Below are positions 51,950-64,000 of a DNA stretch of 64,000 nt, one piece after another (within the stretch, counting starts at the first letter, position 1; the number at the start of each line of letters is the position of its first letter). The stretch comes from Octopus bimaculoides. Its lineage: Eukaryota. The DNA is taken from NCBI RefSeq assembly GCF_001194135.2, contig NC_068985.1, positions 122,941,044 through 123,005,043 on the forward strand, read 5' to 3'. A program made the translations under genes and the position numbers. The notes under the pieces were generated by a model. That model worked only from the letters and a program-made list of their open reading frames with translations, had not been told where the DNA came from and did not search any database.

Positions 51950-52560
51950 TAATCTCTGAGTGGACTTTTAGATCCTCTAATATCGCTTGTGTCAGTAATA
52001 TTAAATAAACCTTGCTTATATAAAAATAACTGTGTTTTGTGCTAGGTGAAGTCTTTGTTATACGTTTTCGTGGCGTTTAATTTAGCTTCTCTATCAATAT
52101 CAACTAACGTAATCTGTCTGGTGCATTAAATAGTAATGTCATCTTGCGTAAATTTGGTGCTATTGTAAATTTTATTGACAGTCACATTAATGGTTACTCT
52201 ACTCGACGAGATTAATATCTTTCTTAATGTTATCATTAATCTTCCTTATAATTTTCTTGTTAATTAATCCGATCTCAGATTTAGACGGATTTATCAACTT
52301 CCATTTAGAGTTAAAAGCATAGTTATTTTTATGTTACATGAATACAACAGACGCTTTACGTACTGCTCACTTGGATAGTTTGTCATCAATTATAAATTTT
52401 ACTACCACGCCCTTTGGCTTCTCTATCAACGTTGTAAAAATCTTATGGACTTGTTTCATATAACAAATCCGATAGATCGATTTGCATACATAATGCATTC
52501 TTTGCATCTAGTCCTATAAATTTGTGACCGGTGTATTAGCGATTTTTTCTCGATGTCGTA
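51950..52560 (-). mobile_element. Penelope-like element RT N-terminal relic
   Basis: KWKLINPSKSEIGLINKKII.KINDNI at ~52215-52305, the RLINPxKSExG motif of Penelope-type ORFs. Confidence 0.55.
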
Positions 52561-53164
52561 CTGCACTACAAAATATATAAATACATACTCAAGATCTTGG
52601 GGAAGAGGGATTTATAACTATTGTTTCTTTGGACGGTTAAATTCGGTATACATTCGCTATTGAAATCTCAACAGAAGATTGAAACTATTTCTGCTGATCC
52701 ATCTTTTTCTGTCCTCAAAGATATTGTATGTAACGACAGGATGTTTATTATATTTATTATATACAATAATAATAGTTCAGTATATAATTAAAGCACAATG
52801 TGCATAAAATCTCGATTCCATGCAGATGAGTTCAGGAGATCAATTGGCCTCCGACAGGCAAGTTACTGGTGCAAAGAAGAAGGCCATAAATTCTGTTACT
52901 GAAGCAACAGAGATAGCCGCTAGATAGATTTGGATAAAGATAGAAGACCGACGGTTTACTGCTACGAGGAAACAAGTTAGGATTTGATCAACCTAGTTAT
53001 ATTCAAATATGTATACAACCACCCTGATCAACAAATGCCAACAATGGTACAAAATCCTAATCTGTGTAGAGGCACAAAGGTAACAGTGAATCAGCAAGCA
53101 AAAAAAAAAAAAAAAAAAATTAAGTGCACCAATGAACAGGCACAATCGAGTGACCATTTATATA

Positions 53165-53345
53165 TATATATATGGGAGAATATACAACAAATAACAACAG
53201 ACGAGGACAGGTGGTGTAAATAACAAAAGTATATATTAGTATGACGCTCGGGAATACGGAAAGTCTTTGACGTTTCGAGCTACGCTCTTCAACAGAAAGA
53301 ATACGGAGACAAGGAGAAAAAACACGGAGAAAAAAAATTGAATAG
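53165..53345 (-). mobile_element. Penelope-like terminal fragment carrying a minimal hammerhead-like motif
   Basis: Contains the motif at 53264-53300, followed by the GACTTTCCGTATTCCCGAGCGTCATACTAAT tail. Confidence 0.55.
53264..53300 (-). ncRNA. Minimal type I hammerhead-like motif (A6U variant)
   Basis: UCUUU-CUGUUGA-A-GAGC(gua)GCUC-GAA-ACGU-C^-AAAGA: 5-bp stem I, 4-bp stem II, palindromic ACGU stem III, GUC triplet. Confidence 0.6.
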
Positions 53346-54197
53346 TGTTCAGTCAACGGTCAATCATAATAATATATATATATATATGTATGTATGTATA
53401 AATGGAAGGGTTTAGGGATTCTATGCATGTATGTATGTAATTATATGCAACGGATAAATGTTTATTGCGTCTTATATTCAAGTTTATTTTCAAAGAACTG
53501 ACAAATTAAACACAAGGCTCTTACGCGGTAATTTAAATTAAACACGCAACTTCTACACTAATATTTTGATGTAAAATTTAAGTCATGATTAATGAAACGT
53601 GATTTTAATTTTTGCGTGGCAAGATCTTGTTCTTAATTTTCTATTGATAGATATTAATGTAACGATGTACGATCTTAAATAGGCTTTTATACATTCAAAA
53701 GTAATTTTACTCAAGGAAGATTCACTTCTCTCCCAAAAGAATTATTAAATCGTCTTCCGGATAACTTTTTTCAAATATTGAATAGCTTTAATTCACATCA
53801 TATGCAATGCCTAATTCGTTGATAAAGAATTGTTACGTCAATGACAAATACCGAAAATTATAGAATAATTTCATTCAACTCGGCAGGGGATTAATATGGA
53901 TTAAAGTTAATGCTTTAAAATCTACACATGTCAATATACGAGACAATAAAGCAGCGGGTGTGGGGAAGATTTAGTGAGTGTAACTTTTAACATTCCCATT
54001 CTATCTAATGAATAAAACCACATATATTGTTTATTAATGCCTATTGAGCACGAATTCGTTTCAGCATAGGAATGTGTTCAACTATGAAAAAGAAAAAAGC
54101 TAATAAGAGAGAGTATGAAGTTACATCAGAGTTTCAAGGAATCAAGTCTTCAGCTCATGTTTTGTGACTCTCGCCACAATTTGTTTTCAATATTCAG

Positions 54198-54306
54198 TGC
54201 AAATTCCGCCGAGATTGACTTTGCCTTTCATTCTTACAGGGCCGATAAAATAAGTACCGGTTGAACAATGGGGTCGATGTAATCGACTTACTCCTCCCCC
54301 GAAAAT
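54198..54306 (+). mobile_element. SINE family A fragment running into a gap
   Basis: CAAATTCCGCCGAGATTGACTTTGCCTTTCATTC...GGGGTCGATGTAATCGAC. Confidence 0.8.
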
Positions 54307-55249
54307 NNNNNNNNNNNNNNNNNNNNNNNNNNNNNNNNNNNNNNNNNNNNNNNNNNNNNNNNNNNNNNNNNNNNNNNNNNNNNNNNNNNNNNNNNNNNNN
54401 NNNNNNNNNNNNNNNNNNNNNNNNNNNNNNNNNNNNNNNNNNNNNNNNNNNNNNNNNNNNNNNNNNNNNNNNNNNNNNNNNNNNNNNNNNNNNNNNNNNN
54501 NNNNNNNNNNNNNNNNNNNNNNNNNNNNNNNNNNNNNNNNNNNNNNNNNNNNNNNNNNNNNNNNNNNNNNNNNNNNNNNNNNNNNNNNNNNNNNNNNNNN
54601 NNNNNNNNNNNNNNNNNNNNNNNNNNNNNNNNNNNNNNNNNNNNNNNNNNNNNNNNNNNNNNNNNNNNNNNNNNNNNNNNNNNNNNNNNNNNNNNNNNNN
54701 NNNNNNNNNNNNNNNNNNNNNNNNNNNNNNNNNNNNNNNNNNNNNNNNNNNNNNNNNNNNNNNNNNNNNNNNNNNNNNNNNNNNNNNNNNNNNNNNNNNN
54801 NNNNNNNNNNNNNNNNNNNNNNNNNNNNNNNNNNNNNNNNNNNNNNNNNNNNNNNNNNNNNNNNNNNNNNNNNNNNNNNNNNNNNNNNNNNNNNNNNNNN
54901 NNNNNNNNNNNNNNNNNNNNNNNNNNNNNNNNNNNNNNNNNNNNNNNNNNNNNNNNNNNNNNNNNNNNNNNNNNNNNNNNNNNNNNNNNNNNNNNNNNNN
55001 NNNNNNNNNNNNNNNNNNNNNNNNNNNNNNNNNNNNNNNNNNNNNNNNNNNNNNNNNNNNNNNNNNNNNTATATATATATATATATATATATTAGTATGC
55101 GTACTAATATATACATATATATATAAACACATGAACACACACACACACAGCTTAATAAATCGTACTTAGATGCAGTACTGAGATAAATCCAGAAGAGTTT
55201 GATGATCGCTTCTAATCCAATGCACTGCGCTGCCAAAATTTTCTAAACT

Positions 55250-55650
55250 TCCAGTAGTAAAGACACCATGGATGGAAGTAAGTTGTGTTAATTAGTGTAA
55301 GTTTACGCTGTACTTAGAAGTAGCATTATCGTTGGTTTCTACCATTGTACTCCACTTTCAATGTGTGGAATAACTTGCGTTAAACGGTTATCTTATGCAA
55401 AGGGAAATTTATCTCTCCTCTGCTGAAGATGGTGTTTGTTTCTGTTATTGGTAGGTTTGACCGGCGTCGGATTGAAGAGTTCCCTGGTCTTTTTCTACGG
55501 CATGGCATTTTGGAAAACTGTGTCCTACTTTAACTATTGTTGATAATATGGGTGAATGGAAAATGTGCGGAATACTGTTGGATGGACTGTATCTCGAATT
55601 CAAAGGACTAGCGTTGTTAGACACTGTCACGTTAATTCTGCTTTGGGATT
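55250..55650 (-). mobile_element. Possible very old Penelope-like relic
   Basis: Weak resemblance only (HIFHSP...VKVGHSFPK versus the WFNPP..VKTNVG..F pattern). Confidence 0.2.
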
Positions 55651-56469
55651 ATAACAAGGAATCAAGTGTTTGTGGAATGCTCAGCCATCTACATTTTAAT
55701 ACGATCTTTTATTCGTTCTGTTAAATACTCTTCATCGAAAGCAACGGAGACTCATTTCATATTCTTTGCAGTTGTTGTTGTTGTTGCTGTAAAACCCCGG
55801 GTCTGTGCTGACTGAGCAACCCTATGACCGAAAACATCCCGGCTGTGATCTTTCCATTTTCAGAGAATGGTTATTTTGGAATACATTACCCACGCTTCTC
55901 CTTTCTCAACGTGGTAGTATGCAATTTGAAGATGTGGCTGCTATTTCTTGCAGGTCATGCAACGGTAGAGACTTCTTCATTGACTCAGGTTGTTCTTGTT
56001 GGTGGTGATGGTAGTAGTGGCGGTGCCGTTTGATATTATGAGTCATGTGGGTGTTGCTATTGTTTTCTTCGTCATGCGTACTAATACTGTTACTGTATAA
56101 CTATATTGATCAATGACATCTCAGCTGTCGCCATCTTGTTTCCTACCAGCATAATGTGTCTTGGACTACGTTAACTATTGTACTTTTTCTTTTTAACAAC
56201 AGTAGAATGTGATATATGAGAACTTCCTTGTTATCTGTAGCAGGTCATTCGACCTCCTAGAGACTTCTTCAATGCTGCGGTTGTTTCCAGTAGAGATGGT
56301 AATCAACAAGAGTAGGGATCTGGTCACCTAATGTATCTTTCTGTCAAACGGGGATTAGCCCTTTCAATAAACCACTCTCCATTAAAATCCTTTCCGACGC
56401 GCTGCTTTCTTTAACTTCATGACTTTTGAAATCGGTGAATAAGTCTTATACCTGGAAGAATGTTTTCTC

Positions 56470-56766
56470 TTTTAACTTTTAGTTGTTTCAGCCATCAGTC
56501 TGCGGCATCACCTTGAAGAAGTTTTAGCCGAATAAATCGATTCCAGTACTTATGTTTTAAAGCCTGGTACTTATTCTAGCGGGCTCTTTTGTCGAACCGC
56601 AAGATTACCGGGAAATAAACACATCAACACCGGTTGTCAAACGGTGGTGGGAGACAAAAACAGGCACAAATACACATACACACACAACCACACACACTCA
56701 CCCATATATATNNNNNNNNNNACCTAAATTCTGCTCAGGCCTAACCACTGTTTTGCGCCAATGCTC

Positions 56767-56808
<42 letters not shown>

Positions 56809-56960
56809 CAAGTTTCTTTCAGTTTCTGTCTACCAAATCCACCCACAAGGCTTTGGTCAGTCCGAGACTATAACAGTAAGGATTTGCCGAAGGTGCCACC
56901 CAATAGGACTGAACCTGAAACCATGTGATTGTGAAGCAAGCTTCTTACCGCACAGCCACG
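56470..56960 (-). mobile_element. SINE family B, diverged, with an expanded internal microsatellite
   Basis: Homologous to 14950-15352 (GTTTCAGCCATCAGTCTGCGGC...CCAAATCCACCCACAAGGCTTTGGTC...CACAGCCAC). Confidence 0.85.
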
Positions 56961-58089
56961 ACTGAAAACATTAAGGAAATGAAAGAACTTTTGGTGACAT
57001 TAGATGAGAGCCACTCCTCGTTCTCGGTCGATTCCTTAACAAAACCACGCAAAAGAAAAAACGCAAGTAATTTTTTGGTTGGGCAAAATAATCATTTATT
57101 TGGACAAAACTTACAGAGCGACAAAATAACGCGACTTCCAAATCACGAGGAATAAATAGTAAAAGATATCCAAGGGACAAAAAATCAAAACTACAATTTC
57201 TCCTCATTTTCATCTTTTGCCTCAGTATTAATAATATCTGTTTTTATATTATAAATATTCTTTTCAATCTCATATTTGCTTCACTATATCGTTTTACATT
57301 AATTTTTGATTTCACCGAATTACTTAACTATCATAATCGAAATCCACAATGGTCACTGTAACAAGTTAAATAAGAATGGCTTCCGTAATGAGATAATGGA
57401 AGAAAATAAAAATGTGGCTTTCCCCGCTCATTTGTAATCTGGATTAATGTTAAAAGTTGCTTTCCGTATTTGCTTTCATTCTTTGAACTATATCGCTCAA
57501 ATGGATAACACTGAAGCTTTGCATTGCAATATCAAATATCACATATGTATCTGCAGAGCTTCATTATCAGAATGTCATTAGAAACTAGAGCTTAATTCAT
57601 TTCACATATTTACCTCAAACACAGAATTTCTAATTTCAAATAGAAAATTCTATAAAATATTATTACCGTTGTTGATGTTGTCATTGGAATTGAACCGTAG
57701 GTCAACCATAACATCACTGAGTTATGCTTAAAGGTACTCAAGCCTTGTGTATTTCGCCCTTTTAGGGGTATCTGGTAATGCATTGTTCACTGTGATCTTC
57801 CCTTTAAAACAGACTGTGGTAGGTTATGGTGTAAATTTGGCTGCTATTTCAAACATATCGAGCGATCGCTTAGACACTTGCTTGTTATATTTGTTCACAT
57901 TATAGTCGTTCTGATCCTCAAAAAAAAAAAAAAAATTACTAGACTTGACGTACATTTGATTGCATTGTTCACCTGATAGAGAACTGATCATTTTGACATC
58001 TAGATGCCAGGCATCCAGTTTTGGCCTTCGTTTAGCACAGGCAAAGAGACGAAAAAGGTGAATCAAATTCACTGCAGTATAGTTCATTT

Positions 58090-58760
58090 GATTAATTTAG
58101 GCACAAGAAAAGCGATATCATATCGATAGCAAATGACCTGAGATTGTTGAGCAGGAGATCTTGCTTCCAGGATGGCCCCAGGCCACGAACATTTCTACAA
58201 CTTACTCTTAAACTGTCATGGTGACGATAAAGAATTCGGAGAAGAAACATGGGTGGGAGGGGATTTACATACCCATCGAGTGACGCTGGAGGTTAGGTAG
58301 CTCAACCTCCATAACTTAGGATTCCTTTGGGAATCTCTATAAAAGCCTACTGTTTTATAATAGGGTCCCCACGCCGCGAGGAAGTTTTTCCTAATGTTTT
58401 TATACGTTTCCAGAGGAATACGCACCATCGTCAGTGTTACTGGCACTTGAACAAGCTGGTGATGAAGATCTCATTCTCACTCTCCTGATGTTCTTCCTTC
58501 GTGCCATGAAGGCAACCAATTCTTTGTGGGCCCTCCTCACAAGCACGAAGTCTTGTGTTTGCGTGGTTGGTTGTTGCTGTTGCGGGTCGTTTTCTTTTTG
58601 TGGGTTGTTGCAGTTATGACAGTGTTAGCGGAGCTCGTTGTGATAGCGGTGGGTGTGTTGACGATTGTGGTGCTAGAGCGGGGGTGGGGTGCGGGTGGTT
58701 TCTGAAGGTGTGTCTGTAGATGTGTTTTCTATGTTTTATGGTGTGTGTGTGTGCTCCTGT
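58090..58760 (-). mobile_element. Tx1/L1-like LINE fragment: end of ORF1 and start of the ORF2 endonuclease
   Basis: LRVSCRNVRGLGPSWKQDLLLNNLRSFAIDMISL (APE N-terminal NVRGL motif, 58110-58215), preceded by the ORF1-like coding stretch 58216-58446. Confidence 0.6.
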
Positions 58761-58889
58761 GGGGCATGATGTTTTATTGAATTTATTTTCGTTTTTCTTT
58801 GTTTTTAGTTTTGGAAGTCAGCCCAGGTATCGGTAATTGTGGCATTAGGCTACGAGTCTACGTAGTGCATTCAATAAGTGTCCGACCTT

Positions 58890-59480
58890 TTATCATGAGC
58901 GTTTCTCATGTAGTAAGCGAATGTAGCATGCTGGCACAGAGAGAATATAGGAAAGGACATAACAGCCTAAAGAGAGTAATCCACTGGGAGTTATGTAGAA
59001 AGCTAAGATTTGACTATACTGATAAATGGTATGAACTTGAACCTATTAGAGTACTAAAAGGTAAGAAACATAAGATGCTGTGGGACTTTAACATTCAGAC
59101 TGAGAGAGTAATAGAAGCTAGAAGGCCTGATTTAGCAGTGGTAGATAAAGAAAATAGAAAGTGCAAGACAATTGACTTTACATTCCCCAATGATGATAAA
59201 ATCAATATGAGAGATATAGAAAAAATAGTAAAGTTCCAGGGAATAACTATTGAATTACAGTGACTACGGAAAGTGCTGGTAAAATGTATTCTAGTAGTTA
59301 TAGATGCATTAAGAACTATCCCTAAAGATTTGAACAGATATATAAAGGAAATAGGCATAAAACCCAATTTAACACAGCTGCAGGAAACAGTGTTATTAGG
59401 GACTGCTAGAATACTTAAGAGGGTTCTTGGCATCTAAGGTTATTTGTTGTAACTCGATGTTAGGAATTTTTCTTTTCCAA
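58890..59480 (+). mobile_element. R4/Dong-type RLE retrotransposon 3' fragment
   Basis: HVVSECSMLAQREY..GHN....IHWELC...LWDFNIQTERVIEARRPDLAVVDK...IDFTFP...LQETVLLGTARILKRVLGI* plus 3' UTR. Confidence 0.9.
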
Positions 59481-59959
59481 TAGTCTAATCTGTTCTGCAT
59501 ATATGAATAACTTGAGGGACCAATGAATATTTCACGAAATTAAGTGTAAACCTATCGGGTTATGTCTGGAAACTTTATCCAAAAAACTTGAAAGCGTAGC
59601 TTGTGTTGTGTCTGTATGGAAAGATAGTCGCTCGTCTGCTACTCATTGAAAAGTGAAAGAAATTGGAACACGATGATTACTTAATGCACTTTATATATAC
59701 ACTTTATATATACACTTTATATATACACTTTATGCGCAATTTTATAGACTTAATACACAGTACTCATAAAATAAATATCTACTCTTATTTTTCCATTTTT
59801 CCAATAAGCAAAACCGCCCCCTCAAAAAAAAAATCACCCTTTTCACTGTCGAGTCACCACTGCCAGTTCCACTACCGCCACCACCACCACTTCCACTTCC
59901 ATCTTTTTACAAAAGCTGTAAAACCACTGAAATCCAAACCACAGCTGAAACAGCAACTA

Positions 59960-60233
59960 TCATGATAAAATTATGGCAAGAAAAATCCCTTCAAGGCAAA
60001 TATTACGTTAAGCTAAACAGAATAAAAATAGATAAAGCAAAATCCCAACAATGGCTGAGACGCTCAAGACTCAAAGCAGAGACTGAAGGATTGGTAATTT
60101 CAGCCAATATGCCGCATATGGTTGTCAGAGATGAACAAGGCAAAAAAATAAATGCTTTCTAATCGATGTATCTATACTAACAGATGACAACATTTCTCTA
60201 ACAGAAACACAGAAACTTTTGAAATACAAAGAT

Positions 60234-60238
<5 letters not shown>
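59960..60238 (+). mobile_element. Internally deleted R4/Dong-type fragment
   Basis: WQEKSLQGKY...SQQWL...LKAETEGLVISA fused to ANMPHMVVRD...KCFLIDVSILTDDNISLTETQKLLKYKDL, then (CTA)n. Confidence 0.75.
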
Positions 60239-60320
<82 letters not shown>

Positions 60321-60340
60321 ATAATAATAATAATAATAAT

Positions 60341-60895
60341 CTTTTCTACTTAAGGCACAAGGACTGAAATTTGGGGGCAGGGGACTAGTTAATTACATTG
60401 GCCCCAGTGTTTCACTGGTACTTAATTTAACGACCCCGAAAGGATAAAAGGCGAAGTCGACCCTGAGGGAATTTAAACTTAGAACGTAGCGACGGGCGAA
60501 ATACCGCTAAGTACTTTGATCAACAAAAATAATAGTTTCAAATTTTGCCACAAGGACAGCAATTTTGAAGGAGGGAATGGATGAATTACATCGACTTTAC
60601 TCTTCAACTTGTATTTATTTTGTATACCTCGAAAGGATGAAAGGCAAGGTTGACTTCAGCCGAATTTGAACTCAGAACCTAGCTACGGGTGAAATATCGC
60701 TAAGCAATTTGATTAATAATAACAATAATCCTTTCTGCTGCAGGCACAAGGTCTAAAATTTTTGAGGAGGGGCCTAGTCGATTATACTGGTACTTATTAT
60801 ATCGACCCCGAAAAGATGAAAGGCAAAGTTGACCTCAGCCAAATTTGAACTCAGAACGTAGTGACGGGCTAAGTACCGCTAAGTATTTTGATCAA
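60341..60895 (-). repeat. Three tandem 5'-truncated family A SINE units
   Basis: Each unit ends at CGCTAAG..TTTGAT(C/T)AA (60515, 60708, 60887) followed by AAT repeats. Confidence 0.85.
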
Positions 60896-61590
60896 TGATA
60901 ATAATAATAACAGCTGTTTCTAATATAATAATAACAACAGTAATAAAATAATAGAGTTGTGGATAAATAAATGATACGCGAATTTGTGTATGCGTGTTTG
61001 TTTGCTTGTTTGTTTACAAATAGATACTGATTAAGTTACATGTATGAATAAACACAATCAGACATACATACACACATACGTACTTTCATTTAAACATTCA
61101 TACCTATCAGCACATTCCATTATCAGTGTTCTTAATAACTAGAAATAACACTATTCAACATCACCAACAACGGCAGCTTCCTAAAATGTCCCCAACAAGA
61201 GACAAAGAAGATTTTTCAAGGATGGTTGAATATCACTGGTAAATCTAATCGAATAGAAATTGAACAGCAAACGTCATTATGAATACATCTTTGCTCTCCT
61301 ACCAACAGCAGCAGCAGTAGCACCACCACCACCACCACCACCACCACCAAAAATGGAATCAATAATGACATCAGCAGTAACAATAACACAAACATTAATT
61401 TTAATGACATATAACTATTGTCACTGGTCATTAAGATATCATACAGTAAACGTTCCTATCAAACATGGCGTTATCAATAGCAATATTTCCGGCTTATGAT
61501 GAAATTCATTATCTCTGTGAGGCAATCTTCCACTAATAGGCAATCCCCCGCCCTTAACAACATAGATTTTGATAGCGATTCTCAGAATGA

Positions 61591-61647
<57 letters not shown>

Positions 61648-61873
61648 TTGATTTGTGTGTACATATGTATGTTTTATATGCTTGTGTCTAAGGCTATGTT
61701 TGTATGTGACTATGGGTCTGTATGTGTGTGTGTATGGATGCATATACATGTGTGTGTGTGTTTGACAGTCTCCCTGTCACTTTCGTTGTATACGTGTGTT
61801 TGTGTGCCTTTGTATGTTTGTATGTGAGTGTTTGTGCATGTATATGTGTATACGTGTTTAGATNNNNNNNNNN

Positions 61874-61911
<38 letters not shown>

Positions 61912-62369
61912 CACACACACACATACATAAGTTATACACATTCGCGCGCACACACCTACATGTGTATGCATGTGCTTGTGTGCGCGTGCGTGCATGTAGC
62001 CGTGTATGGTAAAGTGCGTGTGTATGTCCATGGTATAGACAATTGTTAGGAAGATTACGTGGTTTGCTGTATATTGCAAGTTTTCCTCAAATTGAGCTCA
62101 GTTTTGAACAACATAAGAGACGATGTTATATTCATTCGAGGTTAATACAGGACTAAACACCCATTAACATTTATTCTGAGGATGAAATGTCAATTAATCA
62201 TCTATCATACATACACACACACGAACGCATGCGCAAAAGCACATGCACGCACGCACACACACACACACACACATACGCGCGCACACATACGCACACACAC
62301 ATACGCACACACACATACACACACACACACATATCTATATACACACGACGTGTGAGGATGGTATGGAGG

Positions 62370-63780
62370 CAAGCGGATAAGCGTTCTGTGGCGAAGTTAA
62401 AGGCGAAAACGGCGAAGACGGCGAGTTTGTCACGTTTGTAGATCTCGTGGATCTTATGTAAAAGAACGAAGTGTGTGGATGATGAGGTTTTAGGCTGTGG
62501 AGGTAGGAGAAGCGGTAGAAACAGGTGAAATGGGGAAGTAAACGGTATTTTTGGTCTGGAATTATAGTGCTAAGGACGATAGAAGTGAGTTGTTAGAGGC
62601 AAAAGCAACCTTACACATATTAACCCGCCATACAATCACCACGCCACTTGTCTGGTGATCTGATGACGGTGTTGAACTATGTTGAACGGAGTGAAGAGCA
62701 GAGACTTTGGCCTCAAAGACGTTAATGCACCGTGAAAGCATTTGGAAGGCAAAAAGGCCTATTGCGTGGCATTGAGCGGCGATAAATAGTTCTTAGTGAC
62801 TGAACTGGAGTGGCCTCGATGTCGTGTGCAATGGGTCACGATCTCGGTCCATGAAATAATGGGGAACGTTCGGTGTGGGAGATACGCTGCTACAAATGAA
62901 ATACAATTTTATGTGAAACAAAAACCGTTCGATTTCAAAGGGTCCTAGATTTACCACCGATGGAGATTTGTTGCACGAATTGCACACTCTTTGCAAAATA
63001 GGGGGCGCTCAGCGTCGGAGAGAAGTAAGACGTCATAAGTGAGGGTGACAATCGTGAGTAGCACTTAGGGGTTGGTGGAGATGGAGATAAAATGGATGGA
63101 GAAGCTGGAGGAGGAGTGGGTGGGTGTTTGATAGGTATCGGGTTGGCAAATGTGGTGGTGGAAGATGTAGCGAAAACAGTGGTGGAAAAAGAAGAGGCCT
63201 GCGTGGGACAGATAATATGGGAAAGCTAAATGAAAGATGAGCAGAGAAGGAAATATGACAGAATGGAAAGATCACGTATGGGTATTGATATTAGAGTGGG
63301 CTGGATGAATTTAGGGTGGCGACGGAGGAGGATATTAGGCTATGGGATAGATGAAGCGGGAAGTACATATTAGAAAAAGTAAGGCGGTTAATTTTGACCA
63401 AAAGAAGTTTAAGCTTCGCGAAAGAAGATAAGCTCTAGAATTCGAGATCTGGTTTGAGGTGTCTAAACTGAACATAGGAGATCTTTTGCGTAAACTGGTC
63501 ATTGGAGCGGAAATGTTGAGAGAAAGGTGACCCGTCGCCACGTCGGATCCCTCGATATCTCTTAAATTCTACATGAACCTGTCGGATTCGGACGATTTTA
63601 GTCCGGTATGCCAGATGGAGATCAAATTGCAGAGGGAACATTGGAACGCATATATGAAATTGGAAGAGGTGCGTCGGAAAGCGTCTCTAATTTGAAAAGT
63701 GTGGTGGATGGGTCCGATGAGAGTCGTAATGTTGGAAAGCAAAAGCCAGGTGCGGTATCGAGGATTTCTTAAATTCTTTT
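62370..63780 (-). mobile_element. Penelope-like (Neptune-type) element: GIY-YIG C-terminus, pyrimidine-rich tail, then an ORF N-terminus-like region
   Basis: TTLIGP.HHTFQIRDAF..TSSNFIYAFQCSLCNL...TG / DRF / RGIRRGDGSPFSQHFRS (63780-63340) match the TCxSxNVIY.I.C..C...YIGQT...RF.EH pattern. RRLRRFRL occurs at ~62400-62430. Confidence 0.65.
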
Positions 63781-63964
63781 ACTCTATGATATACACTGTG
63801 CTATATTTCTGGAAAAATTTTCAATTTAAGTAATAAATTTAATTTTAATAATTTCTCCTGAATATATATTCGTTATTAAAGTGAATTTTATGTGCCTACT
63901 AATCATTATTGTTGTTAGATAGAAAAATATTCAGTATATATGCTTATATATATATGTGTGTGTG

Positions 63965-64000
<36 letters not shown>

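Noticed and set aside
13819-55236. Long ORFs in the track containing X runs (e.g. 15982-17103, 49630-51009, 54187-55236)
   Set aside because: They are open only because N gaps contain no stop codons.

Overview
AT-rich, repeat-dominated animal genomic DNA with 14 N-gaps, most of them abutting (TA)n tracts. The SINE families, microsatellite load and gap style suggest an octopod cephalopod (Octopus) assembly; this is inference, no database search was run. No intact protein-coding gene, rRNA, tRNA gene or CRISPR array is visible. Nearly all ORFs in the supplied track are microsatellite read-throughs, N-gaps or fragments of dead transposable elements. Recognisable elements are R4/Dong-type RLE retrotransposons in (TAA)n, Tx1/L1-like, CR1/L2-like, RTE and HERO-like LINE relics, Penelope-like elements, mariner and maT (DD37D) transposase relics, hAT and pogo-like MITEs, and several tRNA-derived SINE families. 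The most unusual object is at 36394-36720: a ~330-bp fold-back element next to a (TA)n tract, with ~116-120-bp inverted arms. Its central loop holds a near-canonical type I hammerhead ribozyme (minus strand, 36546-36596; G12 lost by an apparent CpG decay) plus a second hairpin. Other points of interest: a four-element head-to-tail R4/Dong stack in one TAA microsatellite, a (TA)n-embedded tandem MITE, a 71-bp inverted templated insertion, a SINE-derived trimer, and two candidate host exons, one ending in a polybasic + CCVVQ-stop CaaX-like tail.
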